This document shows, one piece after another, positions 33,798 to 43,243 of a stretch of 56,320 bases of DNA (position 1 is the stretch's first letter; each line of letters starts with the position of its first letter). The stretch is from Betaproteobacteria bacterium. Lineage in GTDB: Bacteria; Pseudomonadota; Gammaproteobacteria; Burkholderiales; SG8-41. A program made the translations under genes and the position numbers. Location of the stretch: contig CANIID010000002.1 in NCBI GenBank assembly GCA_947467315.1, positions 1 to 56,320 on the forward strand, in the 5' to 3' direction. A model generated the notes under the pieces. The model was not told the origin of the DNA. It saw only the letters and a program-made list of their open reading frames with translations, and ran no database searches.

Positions 33798-34778
33798 CTA
33801 CACCCGCCCAAAATCACTCCCATATAGCGCATCCAGCCGAGCCAGCACGTCTGCCGGCAGCGGCCCCATTGCCGCTGCTTGCAACGCCTCATCCACATGC
33901 TGCAACTCCGCGCTGCCGATAATGGCACACGACACATCGGGGTTCGACAGCACAAAGCGCAGCGCGACTTGCGCGCGGGTGCCGTGGTTGCTGCCGGTGG
34001 CGTCGAATACCGCCTTCGCTTTGCGTTGCTCTTCGGCGAGGGTAGTGTCGGTGGTGAGCATGCTTTCGCGTCCGGTGCGTTCATCCGTGGCGATGATGCC
34101 TGCGGCGAATATGCGTATCGCCATCACTGCCACACCGTTGGATTTGCAGGCTTCAATAATGCCGCCGAGGTTCTGCCCGGTCCAGGCCTTGGGCATACTG
34201 CGCCCAGCGCTGGGGTTGAGCAGGTTGTAATAGACCTGCGCGGAATCGAAACGCTTGCTGCGGATTACCTCGCACACGGAAGCGGCCTCCCCGAGCGCGG
34301 TGATACCCCGGTATTTAATCAGGCCCTTTTCGCGCAGCCGGTCCAGCCCGTCAGCAACGCCGTTTTTGCCGAGAATTTGCTCGACGGTCATCACGCGTCC
34401 ACCCGGCTTGGTGCCGATGCGGTTATGCAGTTGCAGCACATCGACGGCAGTACGCTTCAGCCGCGCGAGACTGGTCATCAAGCGTTCTTCGATCTGCGCC
34501 GGAATGTCGTTCAGATTTTCGACATCCAACTGAAACTTGGTCGACAAATAAGGCGTCGCCCCCGATTCCGGCAACAACCAGCCCAGCGATTCTTCCGACT
34601 TGCCGTTGCCGTACGCGGCTGCCGTATCGACCCAGTTGATGCCGCCCGCGAACGCACGGCGTATCGCGTCGCGCTTGGTCGCGTCATCCTTGTAAACGAG
34701 AATGCCGCCGACAGCACCCGCGCCGAAAATGATTTCCGAAACCTGAATACCGGTGCTGCCGAATGCGCGATGTTTCAT
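33798..34778 (-). CDS. Aldo/keto reductase
   Basis: MKHRAFGSTGIQVSEIIFG..., DTAAAYGNGKSEE, LQLHN: the AKR catalytic context. ATG at 34778 is preferred over the track's TTG at 34793. Confidence 0.85.
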   Translation of the reverse strand: MKHRAFGSTGIQVSEIIFGAGAVGGILVYKDDATKRDAIRRAFAGGINWVDTAAAYGNGKSEESLGWLLPESGATPYLSTKFQLDVENLNDIPAQIEERLMTSLARLKRTAVDVLQLHNRIGTKPGGRVMTVEQILGKNGVADGLDRLREKGLIKYRGITALGEAASVCEVIRSKRFDSAQVYYNLLNPSAGRSMPKAWTGQNLGGIIEACKSNGVAVMAIRIFAAGIIATDERTGRESMLTTDTTLAEEQRKAKAVFDATGSNHGTRAQVALRFVLSNPDVSCAIIGSAELQHVDEALQAAAMGPLPADVLARLDALYGSDFGRV

Positions 34779-34801
34779 GTGGCCTTTATTCAAAAATACT
34801 C

Positions 34802-34823
34802 AATAAAAACATATTGTTACAAT
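34802..34823 (+). repeat. AT-rich 22-nt motif, copy 7 (AATAAAAACATATTGTTACAAT)
   Basis: Same family. Lies in the 35-50 nt gap between the Bug stop (34829) and the AKR start. Its flank TACTCAATAAAAACAT is shared with copy 8. Confidence 0.6.
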
Positions 34824-34828
34824 GCCGT

Positions 34829-35794
34829 CTAGTCAATGCGGGCGCCCGACAGCTTCACAATCTCTCGGTACTTTTCGTAATCTGACCTCAGCAACTTGGC
34901 GAATTCTTCGGGTGTCGAATACATCGGATCGAGCACTTGCGCGGAGAGCTTCGCGGCCACATCGGTATCCGCCACCGCTTTTTTCAGTTCGGCATTGAGT
35001 TTATCGACGATCGGCCTTGGCGTGCCGGCAGGCACGAACGCGCCGAACCATCCGACGAACTCAAATCCTTTGAGGGTTTCTGCAATCGCGGGTATCTCCG
35101 GAAACTGCGTGGTACGTTGCGGCGTCGACACCGCGAGCGGGCGCAGGCGGCCCGACTTGAGGTAAGGATAGACCTCGGCCACGGGCGTGAGTATCGAATG
35201 TATCTCGCCACCGATCATCGCCAGCACCGCCGGCGCGCCGCCCTTAAACGGCACATGCGTCATCTTCGCGCCGGCCACATTGGCAAACAGGCTCATCGAA
35301 AGATGCTGCGAAGCGCCAACGCCCGCCGAGCCATAGAGCATTTCACCGGGCCGCACTTTTGCCAGATTGATGAATTCCCGCGTGGTGCGCGCGGGCAACT
35401 GCGGATGCACCGCCAGCATGTTTATCAGCCGCGTCACCGGCGTGATGCCGATGAAATCCTTTATCGAGTCATACGGCAGATTCTGGTAGAGGTGCGCATT
35501 CGCGACCAGCGTCTGCGAATACACCATGATCGTATACCCATCAGGCGGGCACTTCGCCACGATGTCTGCGCCGATGGTGCCGCCCGCGCCGGCGCGGTTA
35601 TCAATGGGGAACTGCTGGTTAAGCTGCTCGCTCATTTTCTGAAACACAAAACGCGCGACGACATCCGTGGCGCCACCCGGCGGAAACACCACCACCACGC
35701 GTACCGGTTTCACCGGGTAGGGCTGCGCCCACGTTGCGCTATGCATGAACAGAATCATTCCGACAAATGCACCGAACCAACGAATCGCGTTCAT
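34829..35794 (-). CDS. Bug/TctC-family periplasmic solute-binding protein
   Basis: 321 aa. Signal peptide ...MHSATWA. QPYPVKPVRVVVVFPPGGATD, HVPFKGGAPAVLA, STPEEFAKLLRSDYEKY. Confidence 0.9.
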   Translation of the reverse strand: MNAIRWFGAFVGMILFMHSATWAQPYPVKPVRVVVVFPPGGATDVVARFVFQKMSEQLNQQFPIDNRAGAGGTIGADIVAKCPPDGYTIMVYSQTLVANAHLYQNLPYDSIKDFIGITPVTRLINMLAVHPQLPARTTREFINLAKVRPGEMLYGSAGVGASQHLSMSLFANVAGAKMTHVPFKGGAPAVLAMIGGEIHSILTPVAEVYPYLKSGRLRPLAVSTPQRTTQFPEIPAIAETLKGFEFVGWFGAFVPAGTPRPIVDKLNAELKKAVADTDVAAKLSAQVLDPMYSTPEEFAKLLRSDYEKYREIVKLSGARID

Positions 35795-35909
35795 GTCATT
35801 CCTCCTTACCTAAACGGTTACAGGAATTTCACGCCATGGGTCACGAAGCCGCACTGTAGTCCTGGCACGGCAAGGGGTCAATCAGGGGCAACCTCCCTAT
35901 GGAAGCGGC

Positions 35910-36875
35910 CTACTTCGCCATCCCCAAATCCACCAGCGCCGCGCGCAAGCGCTTGTCTTCCGCTTGCAAATATTTGCGGAACGCGGCGCTGTCGAGATAA
36001 TCCAGTTCGCTCTGAGTGGATTCAACGAACGCCTTCCACGTGGGTGTTACGACACTGGCGGCAATCACGCCGTCCCAATACGCCACCTGCGGTCGGGTCA
36101 AACCCTTCGGGCCGAAGAGGCCTGCCCAGTTTTGCAAGATGAGATCGACGCCTTGTTCCTTGAAGGTGGGCACGGATGCCAGGATGCCCGACAGGCGCTT
36201 GGGTGCGGAGACGGCCAGCATGGTGAGTTTGCCGGATTCGACGTGCGGCTGAATGTTGGATGCGACAGTGACGATAGCGTCGACGTGGCCGCCGATGCCC
36301 GCGGTCATCAGCTCACCGCCATTGAACGCGGTGATGCGCGCTTTTTTCGGCTCGCCGCCCGCCGCGCGCACCATCATCCCCGCCACGATATGCAGCGTGC
36401 CGCCCGCGCCGTTGATACCCATGCTGAAGGTGTAGGGGTCACGCTTGAGCCGCTCCATCAGATCGCGCCCGGATTTCACCGCGGATTCGGGGCGAACGGC
36501 TACGGCAAGATATTGTTTGCCGAGCAGCGCCAGCGGCGTGAAGTCGGTGTATTGATACGTGCTCAGCCCGTTGATGTAACTCGTCAAAAACGTGGGCGAC
36601 ACCACATACATGGTGTGCGCGTCGCCCGCGCGCGCTGCCAGCACGTCCAACGCCATTTGCCCGCCGGCGCTAGGCCGGTTGACGACGTTCACCGACATCG
36701 GCGTCAACTTGGCGTCCTGCCAGATTTTTTGCAGCATGCGCCCGGTACGATCCTGCGAACTGCCGGCGGATAGGCCGATCAGTATTTCCATGTTTTTTTC
36801 GGGCTTCCAGGCTTGGGCGTGCGCGCATGCACCCGTGAGTGCGAAAACACAGAAAATGATCCAGGTGATTTTCAT
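35910..36875 (-). CDS. Tripartite tricarboxylate transporter substrate-binding protein (divergent Bug/TctC member)
   Basis: 321 aa. Signal peptide MKITWIIFCVFALTGACAHA and the same overall length and layout, but with divergent motifs (WKPEKNMEILIGLSAGSSQD, AFNGGELMTA). Confidence 0.75.
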   Translation of the reverse strand: MKITWIIFCVFALTGACAHAQAWKPEKNMEILIGLSAGSSQDRTGRMLQKIWQDAKLTPMSVNVVNRPSAGGQMALDVLAARAGDAHTMYVVSPTFLTSYINGLSTYQYTDFTPLALLGKQYLAVAVRPESAVKSGRDLMERLKRDPYTFSMGINGAGGTLHIVAGMMVRAAGGEPKKARITAFNGGELMTAGIGGHVDAIVTVASNIQPHVESGKLTMLAVSAPKRLSGILASVPTFKEQGVDLILQNWAGLFGPKGLTRPQVAYWDGVIAASVVTPTWKAFVESTQSELDYLDSAAFRKYLQAEDKRLRAALVDLGMAK

Positions 36876-37010
36876 TATTCAAAGAGCTCCTTAATCCATT
36901 CGCGCAGACCGGGATGTGCCTCGTGCAGCGCTATCCGATCAGCATCTAACTAAGTATACTCAATGCGCGGCGGATCAAGACATCAAATTCATACCCCAAA
37001 GGAACACTCT

Positions 37011-37997
37011 GTGATTGGCTTACTGGCTCGTATCGCGGTTCACCTGCTGCCACTCGCGACCTTCGTTTGCGCTGGCACTCTGAATGCGCAGACCTTCCCA
37101 ACCAAGCCGTTACGCATAGTGGTTCCGTTTCCCCCAGGCGGCAGCGCGGACTTCTTTACCCGCGTCATTGCACAGAAATTGTCCGAGGGCTGGAGCCACT
37201 CCGTAGTTGTGGAGAACAGACCGGGCGCCACCACTGTGATCGGCACCCAATTCGTCGCGCGCGCGCCAGCGGATGGCTACACGCTGCTGGTGATGGCGAA
37301 TAGTTTCACCATCAACCCGAGCTTGCGTGCCAATCTGCCTTACGACATCACTAAGGATTTCGCCCCGGTCTCGCAGCTCGTGGTTTCGCCGAATGTGATC
37401 GTGACGCATCCTTCGGTTCCGGCAAAATCATTCGGCGAGTTGCTGGCGCTAGCACGCACCCAGCCGGGCAAATTGACCTACGCCGCGCTCGGACCCGGCG
37501 GGGCACAGCATGTCGTAGGCGAAATGATTAGGCTTGCGGCAAAAATCGATATGATCTACGTGCCTTACGCGGGCGGTGCGCCCGCAGTACTCGCTGCGGC
37601 CGGCGGTCACGTCAGCCTCGCCATCGCCAATATTTCAGAGGTCACTTCGCATATCGAGGCTCGAAAGCTGCGAGCTTTGGCCGTGACGTCGCGCGAACGT
37701 GACCCCACCTTGAAGATAGTACCTACTGTTGCTGAATCCGGCATCCGGGACTTTCGGAATTTCGAGGCCCTCGCCTGGTGGGGCATCGTTGCCCCGGCCG
37801 GCACCCCCGCAGATGCCATTGCAAAAATCAATATGGAAGTCGCGCGCGTACTGAAACTGCAGGACGTGCGCGCCAAGCTGACCGAGCAAAGCCTGTATCC
37901 CGTCGGCTCAACGCCAGCGCAATTTGACTCCCACATCCGTGCGGAGACGGCACGCTATGCAATGGTTGTCAAATCGGCGGGCATCAAGGTAGACTAA
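37011..37997 (+). CDS. Bug/TctC-family periplasmic solute-binding protein
   Basis: GTG at 37011 after AAAGGAA gives (M)IGLLARIAVHLLPLATFVCAGTLNA. TFPTKPLRIVVPFPPGGSAD, YVPYAGGAPAVLA, STPAQFDSHIRAETARY. An alternative ATG at 36963 has no SD. Confidence 0.8.
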   Translation: MIGLLARIAVHLLPLATFVCAGTLNAQTFPTKPLRIVVPFPPGGSADFFTRVIAQKLSEGWSHSVVVENRPGATTVIGTQFVARAPADGYTLLVMANSFTINPSLRANLPYDITKDFAPVSQLVVSPNVIVTHPSVPAKSFGELLALARTQPGKLTYAALGPGGAQHVVGEMIRLAAKIDMIYVPYAGGAPAVLAAAGGHVSLAIANISEVTSHIEARKLRALAVTSRERDPTLKIVPTVAESGIRDFRNFEALAWWGIVAPAGTPADAIAKINMEVARVLKLQDVRAKLTEQSLYPVGSTPAQFDSHIRAETARYAMVVKSAGIKVD

Positions 37998-38026
37998 ATT
38001 CGCGGATAATTCAGCGGAACAATCAA

Positions 38027-38443
38027 CTACCCCGGCACCACCACTCGCGGCGCCAACCCCAAGCGTCGCGACCGCCGGGCAAATTGTTTGTCGTCAAACG
38101 AGGCCATGCTGTCGCAATCGCGATAGCTCGCGTGATGCAATGCATCCGCCAGCTCCAGCCCTGCTTCACGGTGAGAAAGCGCCTGAACGATACCGGCTCG
38201 ATCTTCAATGGTGACGTGCGGCAACGCCAGCAGGTGTTTCATCACGCCCGCAATTTGTGCCGCCGAAAATTTGTAGTAACCACGCATCACCCATTCCAAT
38301 TCCAGCAGCACGGTTTTGCAAACCATCAGTGGCTTGCCCGACTCTATCAGCCGTCGTGCGGCCTCACGCTGTTTTTTCGCCTCGACATCACTGTCATCCT
38401 GAATGTAGTAACGCGTCAGAACATTGGTATCGAGACCTATCAC
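38027..38443 (-). CDS. vapC: VapC-type PIN-domain toxin
   Basis: 138 aa. MIGLDTNVLTRYYIQDD (first acidic PIN residue), later LLELEWVMR and a C-terminal SFDKQF. The GTG start overlaps the upstream stop (GTGA). Confidence 0.85.
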   Translation of the reverse strand: MIGLDTNVLTRYYIQDDSDVEAKKQREAARRLIESGKPLMVCKTVLLELEWVMRGYYKFSAAQIAGVMKHLLALPHVTIEDRAGIVQALSHREAGLELADALHHASYRDCDSMASFDDKQFARRSRRLGLAPRVVVPG

Positions 38444-38706
38444 TTGCGTCGTTCCCGCTTACTTGCCGTCTTGTGCGCGGCCAGCAAGGTCGCCGGATCA
38501 AAATCCGCGGGCACTGCTGCCCGCTTGCTCTTGAGCATGCCGAATCCGCTGCTCGGAACGTTCGCCGGCTTGCTGAAAACACGCATCTCCAAGTGGTCGC
38601 CCACCAGACTAAACTCAACCTTACTGCCTTGACGCAGCCCCAGTCGCTGCCGCAGTGGTTTCGGAATGGTAACTTGCCCCTTGCTGGTAACTGATGTGGT
38701 GTCCAT
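38440..38706 (-). CDS. vapB: AbrB/MazE/SpoVT-family antitoxin (VapB-type)
   Basis: 88 aa. SKGQVTIPKPLRQRLGL..GSKVEF swapped-hairpin motif. Four-nucleotide overlap with vapC. Confidence 0.8.
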   Translation of the reverse strand: MDTTSVTSKGQVTIPKPLRQRLGLRQGSKVEFSLVGDHLEMRVFSKPANVPSSGFGMLKSKRAAVPADFDPATLLAAHKTASKRERRK

Positions 38707-38796
38707 GATTGGCCTTTGTGAAATCCATGGTAATACTCGGTAAGAATATCATGATTTTCAGGGTGATGACTCGTATGGCAGGAACATCCCGCCGCC

Positions 38797-39867
38797 CTAC
38801 TGCCGCCCGCCCTCCACCGCAAAACCCTCCGCGCGCCAGCGCAGCATACCGCCCGCGAGATTCGCCACGTCGGTAAAACCCGCGCGCTGCAAAATTACGC
38901 AGGCCTGCGCGGAGCGCGCACCCGAGCGGCACACCGCCACCACCGGGCGTTCGCGCGCCAGCTCGCCCGCGCGCGCGGTCAACTCACCCAGCGGGATCAG
39001 CGCCGCGCCCTGGATATGCCCCAGCGGACCGCTGAATTCCGTTGCCTCGCGCACATCAACAATCTGCACCTTGCCCGCGACCTCTTCCAGAGTATGCGGA
39101 TAAATCTCCCAGATGCCGGCGAAGGTGAAGGTCAGATGCGCCCATGCCGGCTCAGCCGCGTTCGCCGGCGCATCGGTGACCTGCCCGCATTTCAGATTGG
39201 CAGGCACCGCCACGTCGATTTGTTTGGGATGCGGCAAGCCCAGGTTGCTCATGTAGCCGGTGAAGTCCGCTTCGCCGATGCTGCTGCCGAGCCGGGGGTT
39301 GAAGCGCCGCTCTTCGTCCACGCTGGTAACCGACAGCCCGCGGTAATCGTGGCCGGGATACAGCAGACACGTGGGCGGCAGCGTAAATATCTGGCTGTGC
39401 ACGGAACGATACAGCGTGCGCGCGCTGCCCTGCTGAAAGTCGGTGCGCCCGCAGCCGCGGATCAGCAGCGCATCGCCGGTAAAGGCCATCGACTCGTCGT
39501 CGAGCACGTAGGTGAGACAACCGCTGGTGTGCCCCGGCGTCTCGCGCGCTTCAAGGTAGCGCGAACCAAATTCGATGCGCGTGCCGTGGATCAACGCAAG
39601 ATCGGCGCCCGCGGCGCCACTGACTCCGGAGATCGCGATGCGGCTACCCAGGCGCTGCTTGAGTAGCGATGCGCCGGTCACGTGATCGGCATGCACGTGG
39701 GTTTCGAGCGTGCAGATTAATTTAAGGCCCAATTCGGAGATCAAGGCCCGATCTCGGCGCGCCTGCTCGAACACCGGGTCGATCAGCACCGCTTCACAAG
39801 TGCGTTCATCGCCCAGCAGGTAGCTGTAGGTGGAGGACTGCGGATCGAATAGCTGGCGAAAAATCAT
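38797..39867 (-). CDS. Persulfide dioxygenase (ETHE1-like MBL fold) fused to a C-terminal rhodanese domain
   Basis: 356 aa. [56 protein letters not shown]. The C-terminal roughly 100 aa carry a rhodanese active-site loop [10 protein letters not shown]. Confidence 0.85.
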   Translation of the reverse strand: MIFRQLFDPQSSTYSYLLGDERTCEAVLIDPVFEQARRDRALISELGLKLICTLETHVHADHVTGASLLKQRLGSRIAISGVSGAAGADLALIHGTRIEFGSRYLEARETPGHTSGCLTYVLDDESMAFTGDALLIRGCGRTDFQQGSARTLYRSVHSQIFTLPPTCLLYPGHDYRGLSVTSVDEERRFNPRLGSSIGEADFTGYMSNLGLPHPKQIDVAVPANLKCGQVTDAPANAAEPAWAHLTFTFAGIWEIYPHTLEEVAGKVQIVDVREATEFSGPLGHIQGAALIPLGELTARAGELARERPVVAVCRSGARSAQACVILQRAGFTDVANLAGGMLRWRAEGFAVEGGRQ

Positions 39868-39977
39868 GGTGCGCGCTCCGTGACGGCAATCTGCATTATG
39901 GGCCGTCGGACGCGGAATTCAAGCTACCGACGGTTGACCATTCCCAGGCACGGGAATACATTGCCGGTCTGTGACTC

Positions 39978-40850
39978 GTGATCAGGGAGACTCAAATTTC
40001 CACTGTCCTCAAGCAGCAGCCCGGCATACTCAACACGCTCGACATCCGCCCGCTCACCGGCGGCATGGGCGCGGAAATCCACGGCGCCGATCTGTCACGG
40101 GAAATGGATGACGCTACCTTCGCCGCGATCAACCAGGTGTTGCTGGATCACGGCGTGATTTTTTTCCGTGGCCAGAGCATCACGCCGGCGCAGCAAATGG
40201 CGTTTGCAAAACATTGGGGCGAGATACATTTGCATCCGCACATGCGATGTTTGCCGGATCATCCGGGCATCATCGAGGTCGTCAAAAAGGAAACCGACAC
40301 CACGGTGTTCGGCGCGAACTGGCACACCGATCAGATGTTCACGCCCACGCCCGCGCGGGTGACCATGCTCTACGCCAAGCAGGTGCCGCCGGTCGGCGGC
40401 GACACGCTGTTCGCCAATTTGCATAGGGCTTACGATACGTTGTCGGACGGCATGAAGGCGATGATCGCCAACCTGCGCACGCTGAGCATCTACGACAAAA
40501 AGAAAAAACGCCCGGCCGCGATGACGCCGACCGCACCCGAGGAAGACCCGCTCCCCTACGAGCATCCGCTGGTCAGGCATCACCCTGAAACCGGACGCAA
40601 GGCGCTGTACCTGTGCCACATCGGCATCACCTATCAAATCGTCGGCATGACGCCGGACGAAAGCCGTCCGCTGCTGCTGTACCTGATGCAGCACGCAACC
40701 CAGCCGGAATTCACCTGCCGCTTCCGCTGGGATGTCGGTTCGATGGCGGTGTGGGACAACCGCCGCGCCCTGCACTATCCGGTCAATGACTACTACGGCC
40801 ACCGCCGCGTCATGCACCGCATCACGGTCAAGGGCGAATCCACGTTTTGA
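39978..40850 (+). CDS. TauD/TfdA family Fe(II)/2-oxoglutarate-dependent dioxygenase
   Basis: 290 aa, GTG start. LDIRPLTGGMGAEIHGADLS, WHTDQMF (the HxD facial triad), and VWDNRRALHYPVNDY...RVMHRITV. Confidence 0.85.
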   Translation: MIRETQISTVLKQQPGILNTLDIRPLTGGMGAEIHGADLSREMDDATFAAINQVLLDHGVIFFRGQSITPAQQMAFAKHWGEIHLHPHMRCLPDHPGIIEVVKKETDTTVFGANWHTDQMFTPTPARVTMLYAKQVPPVGGDTLFANLHRAYDTLSDGMKAMIANLRTLSIYDKKKKRPAAMTPTAPEEDPLPYEHPLVRHHPETGRKALYLCHIGITYQIVGMTPDESRPLLLYLMQHATQPEFTCRFRWDVGSMAVWDNRRALHYPVNDYYGHRRVMHRITVKGESTF

Positions 40851-40964
40851 TTTAACGGGACAGCCCAACACACATCGGGCTAGCCACATCGTGTCGTAAT
40901 ACCGCCGCGGAATACGTCGCGGGTGATGCGGAGTCGCGAGGCCTGCGTTATCCTCGGGCATCCC

Positions 40965-42206
40965 ATGAAGAAAATATTTTACGGCTGGAAAATTGTATTT
41001 GCCGGCGGCGCTCTGCAATTTTTGCAGGGCATGCTGCTGAATCAGGCGTTCGGCGTGTATGTCGCGGTGCTGGTTGAAGAGCGCGGCTGGAGCAAGACCT
41101 CCCTGTCGGCCGCTGCCGCGCTGAAATCAACCGAAGTGGCGTTGCTGGGCCCGGTGCTCGGCTGGATGGTGGATCGCTTCGGCTCGCAGGGCATGGTGCG
41201 CGCGGGTGTGCTGTTGTTCGGCCTCGGGTTCATACTATTGAGTCAAATCGACACGCTCGCCGGCTTCTATGGCGCGTTTGTGATACTCGCGCTGGGCTCC
41301 AGCATGTTCAGCAACTTCCTGATGAGCGTGTCGATCATTCAATGGTTTGAAAAGCGCCGCACGCGCGCGCTGTCGGCGCTGCAGATGGGCGGCGCCATCG
41401 GCGGCCTGTTTGTATTCCTGGTGGCGCTATCGATGCAACACTTCGGCTGGCGGGTGACCGCCTTCGGTTCGGGCGTGATCGCCATCCTGGTCGGCTGGCC
41501 GCTCGCCTGCATGATTCGCAGCCGCCCGGAAGATCACGGTGAAACCATCGACGGTCTGCCCCCCGCCCCGAAAATCAGTGGGCAGCCCGAAGCGCCCGCC
41601 GCGCCGGCATTCACCGCGCGCCAGGCCTTGCGCACCAGCGCGTTCTGGCTGATTTCGCTGGGGCACGCCTGTTCTCTGCTGGTGGTGATTGCGATCAACG
41701 TGCATGCGATCACGCATATCAAAGTGGGGCTGGGCTATACGCTATCGCAGGCCACGCTTATTTTCACGCTAGTGACCGTAGGGCAATTTTTCGGCGTGAT
41801 ACTGGGATGGGGGCTTGGCGAAAAATTCGAGAAACGAAAGGTCGCCGCCGCCTGCATGCTGATGCACGCCACCGGCATGCTGATGCTCACCTACGCCATC
41901 GGCCCAGTCATGCTGGTGCTCGGCGTGCTGATTCACGGCACCGCATGGGGATTGCGCGGCCCGTTCATGCAGGCGATCCGCGCGGATTATTTTGGCCGGC
42001 GCTCGATCGGCGTGATCATGGGCCTGTCAGCAACCATCACCGTATTCGGCCACATCATCGGCCCCATATTGGCTGGCGCGTTTGCCGATTGGAACGGCAA
42101 CTACCGCATGGGTTTTACCGTGCTGGCGATGATGGCGGCCGCAGGCTCGATGTTCTTTTTGATGGCGCGCCCACCGAAAATGCCCGAAGCGGAGAAGGTA
42201 TTGTAA
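40965..42206 (+). CDS. MFS transporter
   Basis: Trimmed to the ATG at 40965 (MKKIFYGWKIVFAGG). About 12 hydrophobic segments with a central charged loop (RSRPEDHGETIDGLPPAPK). Confidence 0.85.
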   Translation: MKKIFYGWKIVFAGGALQFLQGMLLNQAFGVYVAVLVEERGWSKTSLSAAAALKSTEVALLGPVLGWMVDRFGSQGMVRAGVLLFGLGFILLSQIDTLAGFYGAFVILALGSSMFSNFLMSVSIIQWFEKRRTRALSALQMGGAIGGLFVFLVALSMQHFGWRVTAFGSGVIAILVGWPLACMIRSRPEDHGETIDGLPPAPKISGQPEAPAAPAFTARQALRTSAFWLISLGHACSLLVVIAINVHAITHIKVGLGYTLSQATLIFTLVTVGQFFGVILGWGLGEKFEKRKVAAACMLMHATGMLMLTYAIGPVMLVLGVLIHGTAWGLRGPFMQAIRADYFGRRSIGVIMGLSATITVFGHIIGPILAGAFADWNGNYRMGFTVLAMMAAAGSMFFLMARPPKMPEAEKVL

Positions 42207-42221
42207 GTTATTGGTTTTATT
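42200..42221 (-). repeat. AT-rich 22-nt motif, copy 10 (rc AATAAAACCAATAACTTACAAT)
   Basis: Same family. Spans the MFS stop codon and the 35-nt gap to the convergent oxidoreductase gene. Confidence 0.55.
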
Positions 42222-42241
42222 ATATTTTTTAGTTGCATCGG

Positions 42242-43243
42242 CTACGTTTCCGCCATTCCGCGCGCGCTCATCAGAACACATTTGCCGATCACCTGACGCT
42301 CGCGCACCAGCGCCAGCGCTTCCGGCGCCTGCTCAAACGTAAAGCGCCGATGGATCAGCGGCTTCAATACGCCGCAGCGCACCTGCTCCAGCAGCGTGCG
42401 CATCAACTCGGCCCAGGGTTCGGGATTACGCTGGGTGAATCCGCCGTACGGCGCACCGATCACCGACAGCGCGCCAAACAACACCTTGTTTGCGGGCGCA
42501 GCGGGTATGCGCCCGCCGGCAAACCCCACCACCAAAATGCGGCCGTCGATGGCGGTCGAGCGCATGGCCGCGTCGAACACATCGCCACCCACCGGATCAA
42601 ACGACACATCCGCGCCGCGCCCCTGCGTCAATTCGCGGATGCGTTTGGCGAGCGGCTCGGTGCGCACATTCACCACGTAATCCGCGCCTTCGGTCTTGAC
42701 TGCGCGCAGTTTGGCATCGTCGCTGCCGGTGGCGATCACGGTTGCGCCCATCATCTTGCCGAGCTTGACCGCCGCCAGCCCGACCCCGCCCGATGCGCCG
42801 TGCACCGCAAGCACTTCGCCCTGGGCGAGCCGCGCGCGAACCGCGAGCGCGTAATAACTGGTGCCGAAGTTGAGCGGAAATCCGGCGATGTCCGTAAGCC
42901 GTATGCCGGGCGGCACTAACACGGCACGCGCGGCCGGCAGCGTTACTTCATCGGCGAAACAGGCACGCACGTCGTTGTTTTGCACCAGCACGCGGTCGCC
43001 CTCCTTGAAACGCGTGACACCCACGCCACAGGCCGTAACCACGCCCGCGCCCTCGGTGCCCAGCACAAACGGCGGCGTGAGCTTCACCTGATAGCGGCCC
43101 GCGGTGACCAGCAGATCGCCAAAATTGACGCCGCCCGCGTGCAGCGCGACGCGTATCTCGCCGGTGCCGGGTGGGCGCGAGGGCCACTCCATCACCGTCA
43201 GTTGCGGCGGCTCCCCGAGTGCCGTGCAGACGACGGCTTTCAT
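42242..43243 (-). CDS. NADPH:quinone oxidoreductase / zinc-type alcohol dehydrogenase (MDR) family
   Basis: MKAVVCTALGEPPQL..., GVNFGD, and the nucleotide fold AVHGASGGVGLAAVKLGKMMGA. The ATG at 43243 overlaps the upstream TGA (ATGA). Confidence 0.85.
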   Translation of the reverse strand: MKAVVCTALGEPPQLTVMEWPSRPPGTGEIRVALHAGGVNFGDLLVTAGRYQVKLTPPFVLGTEGAGVVTACGVGVTRFKEGDRVLVQNNDVRACFADEVTLPAARAVLVPPGIRLTDIAGFPLNFGTSYYALAVRARLAQGEVLAVHGASGGVGLAAVKLGKMMGATVIATGSDDAKLRAVKTEGADYVVNVRTEPLAKRIRELTQGRGADVSFDPVGGDVFDAAMRSTAIDGRILVVGFAGGRIPAAPANKVLFGALSVIGAPYGGFTQRNPEPWAELMRTLLEQVRCGVLKPLIHRRFTFEQAPEALALVRERQVIGKCVLMSARGMAET

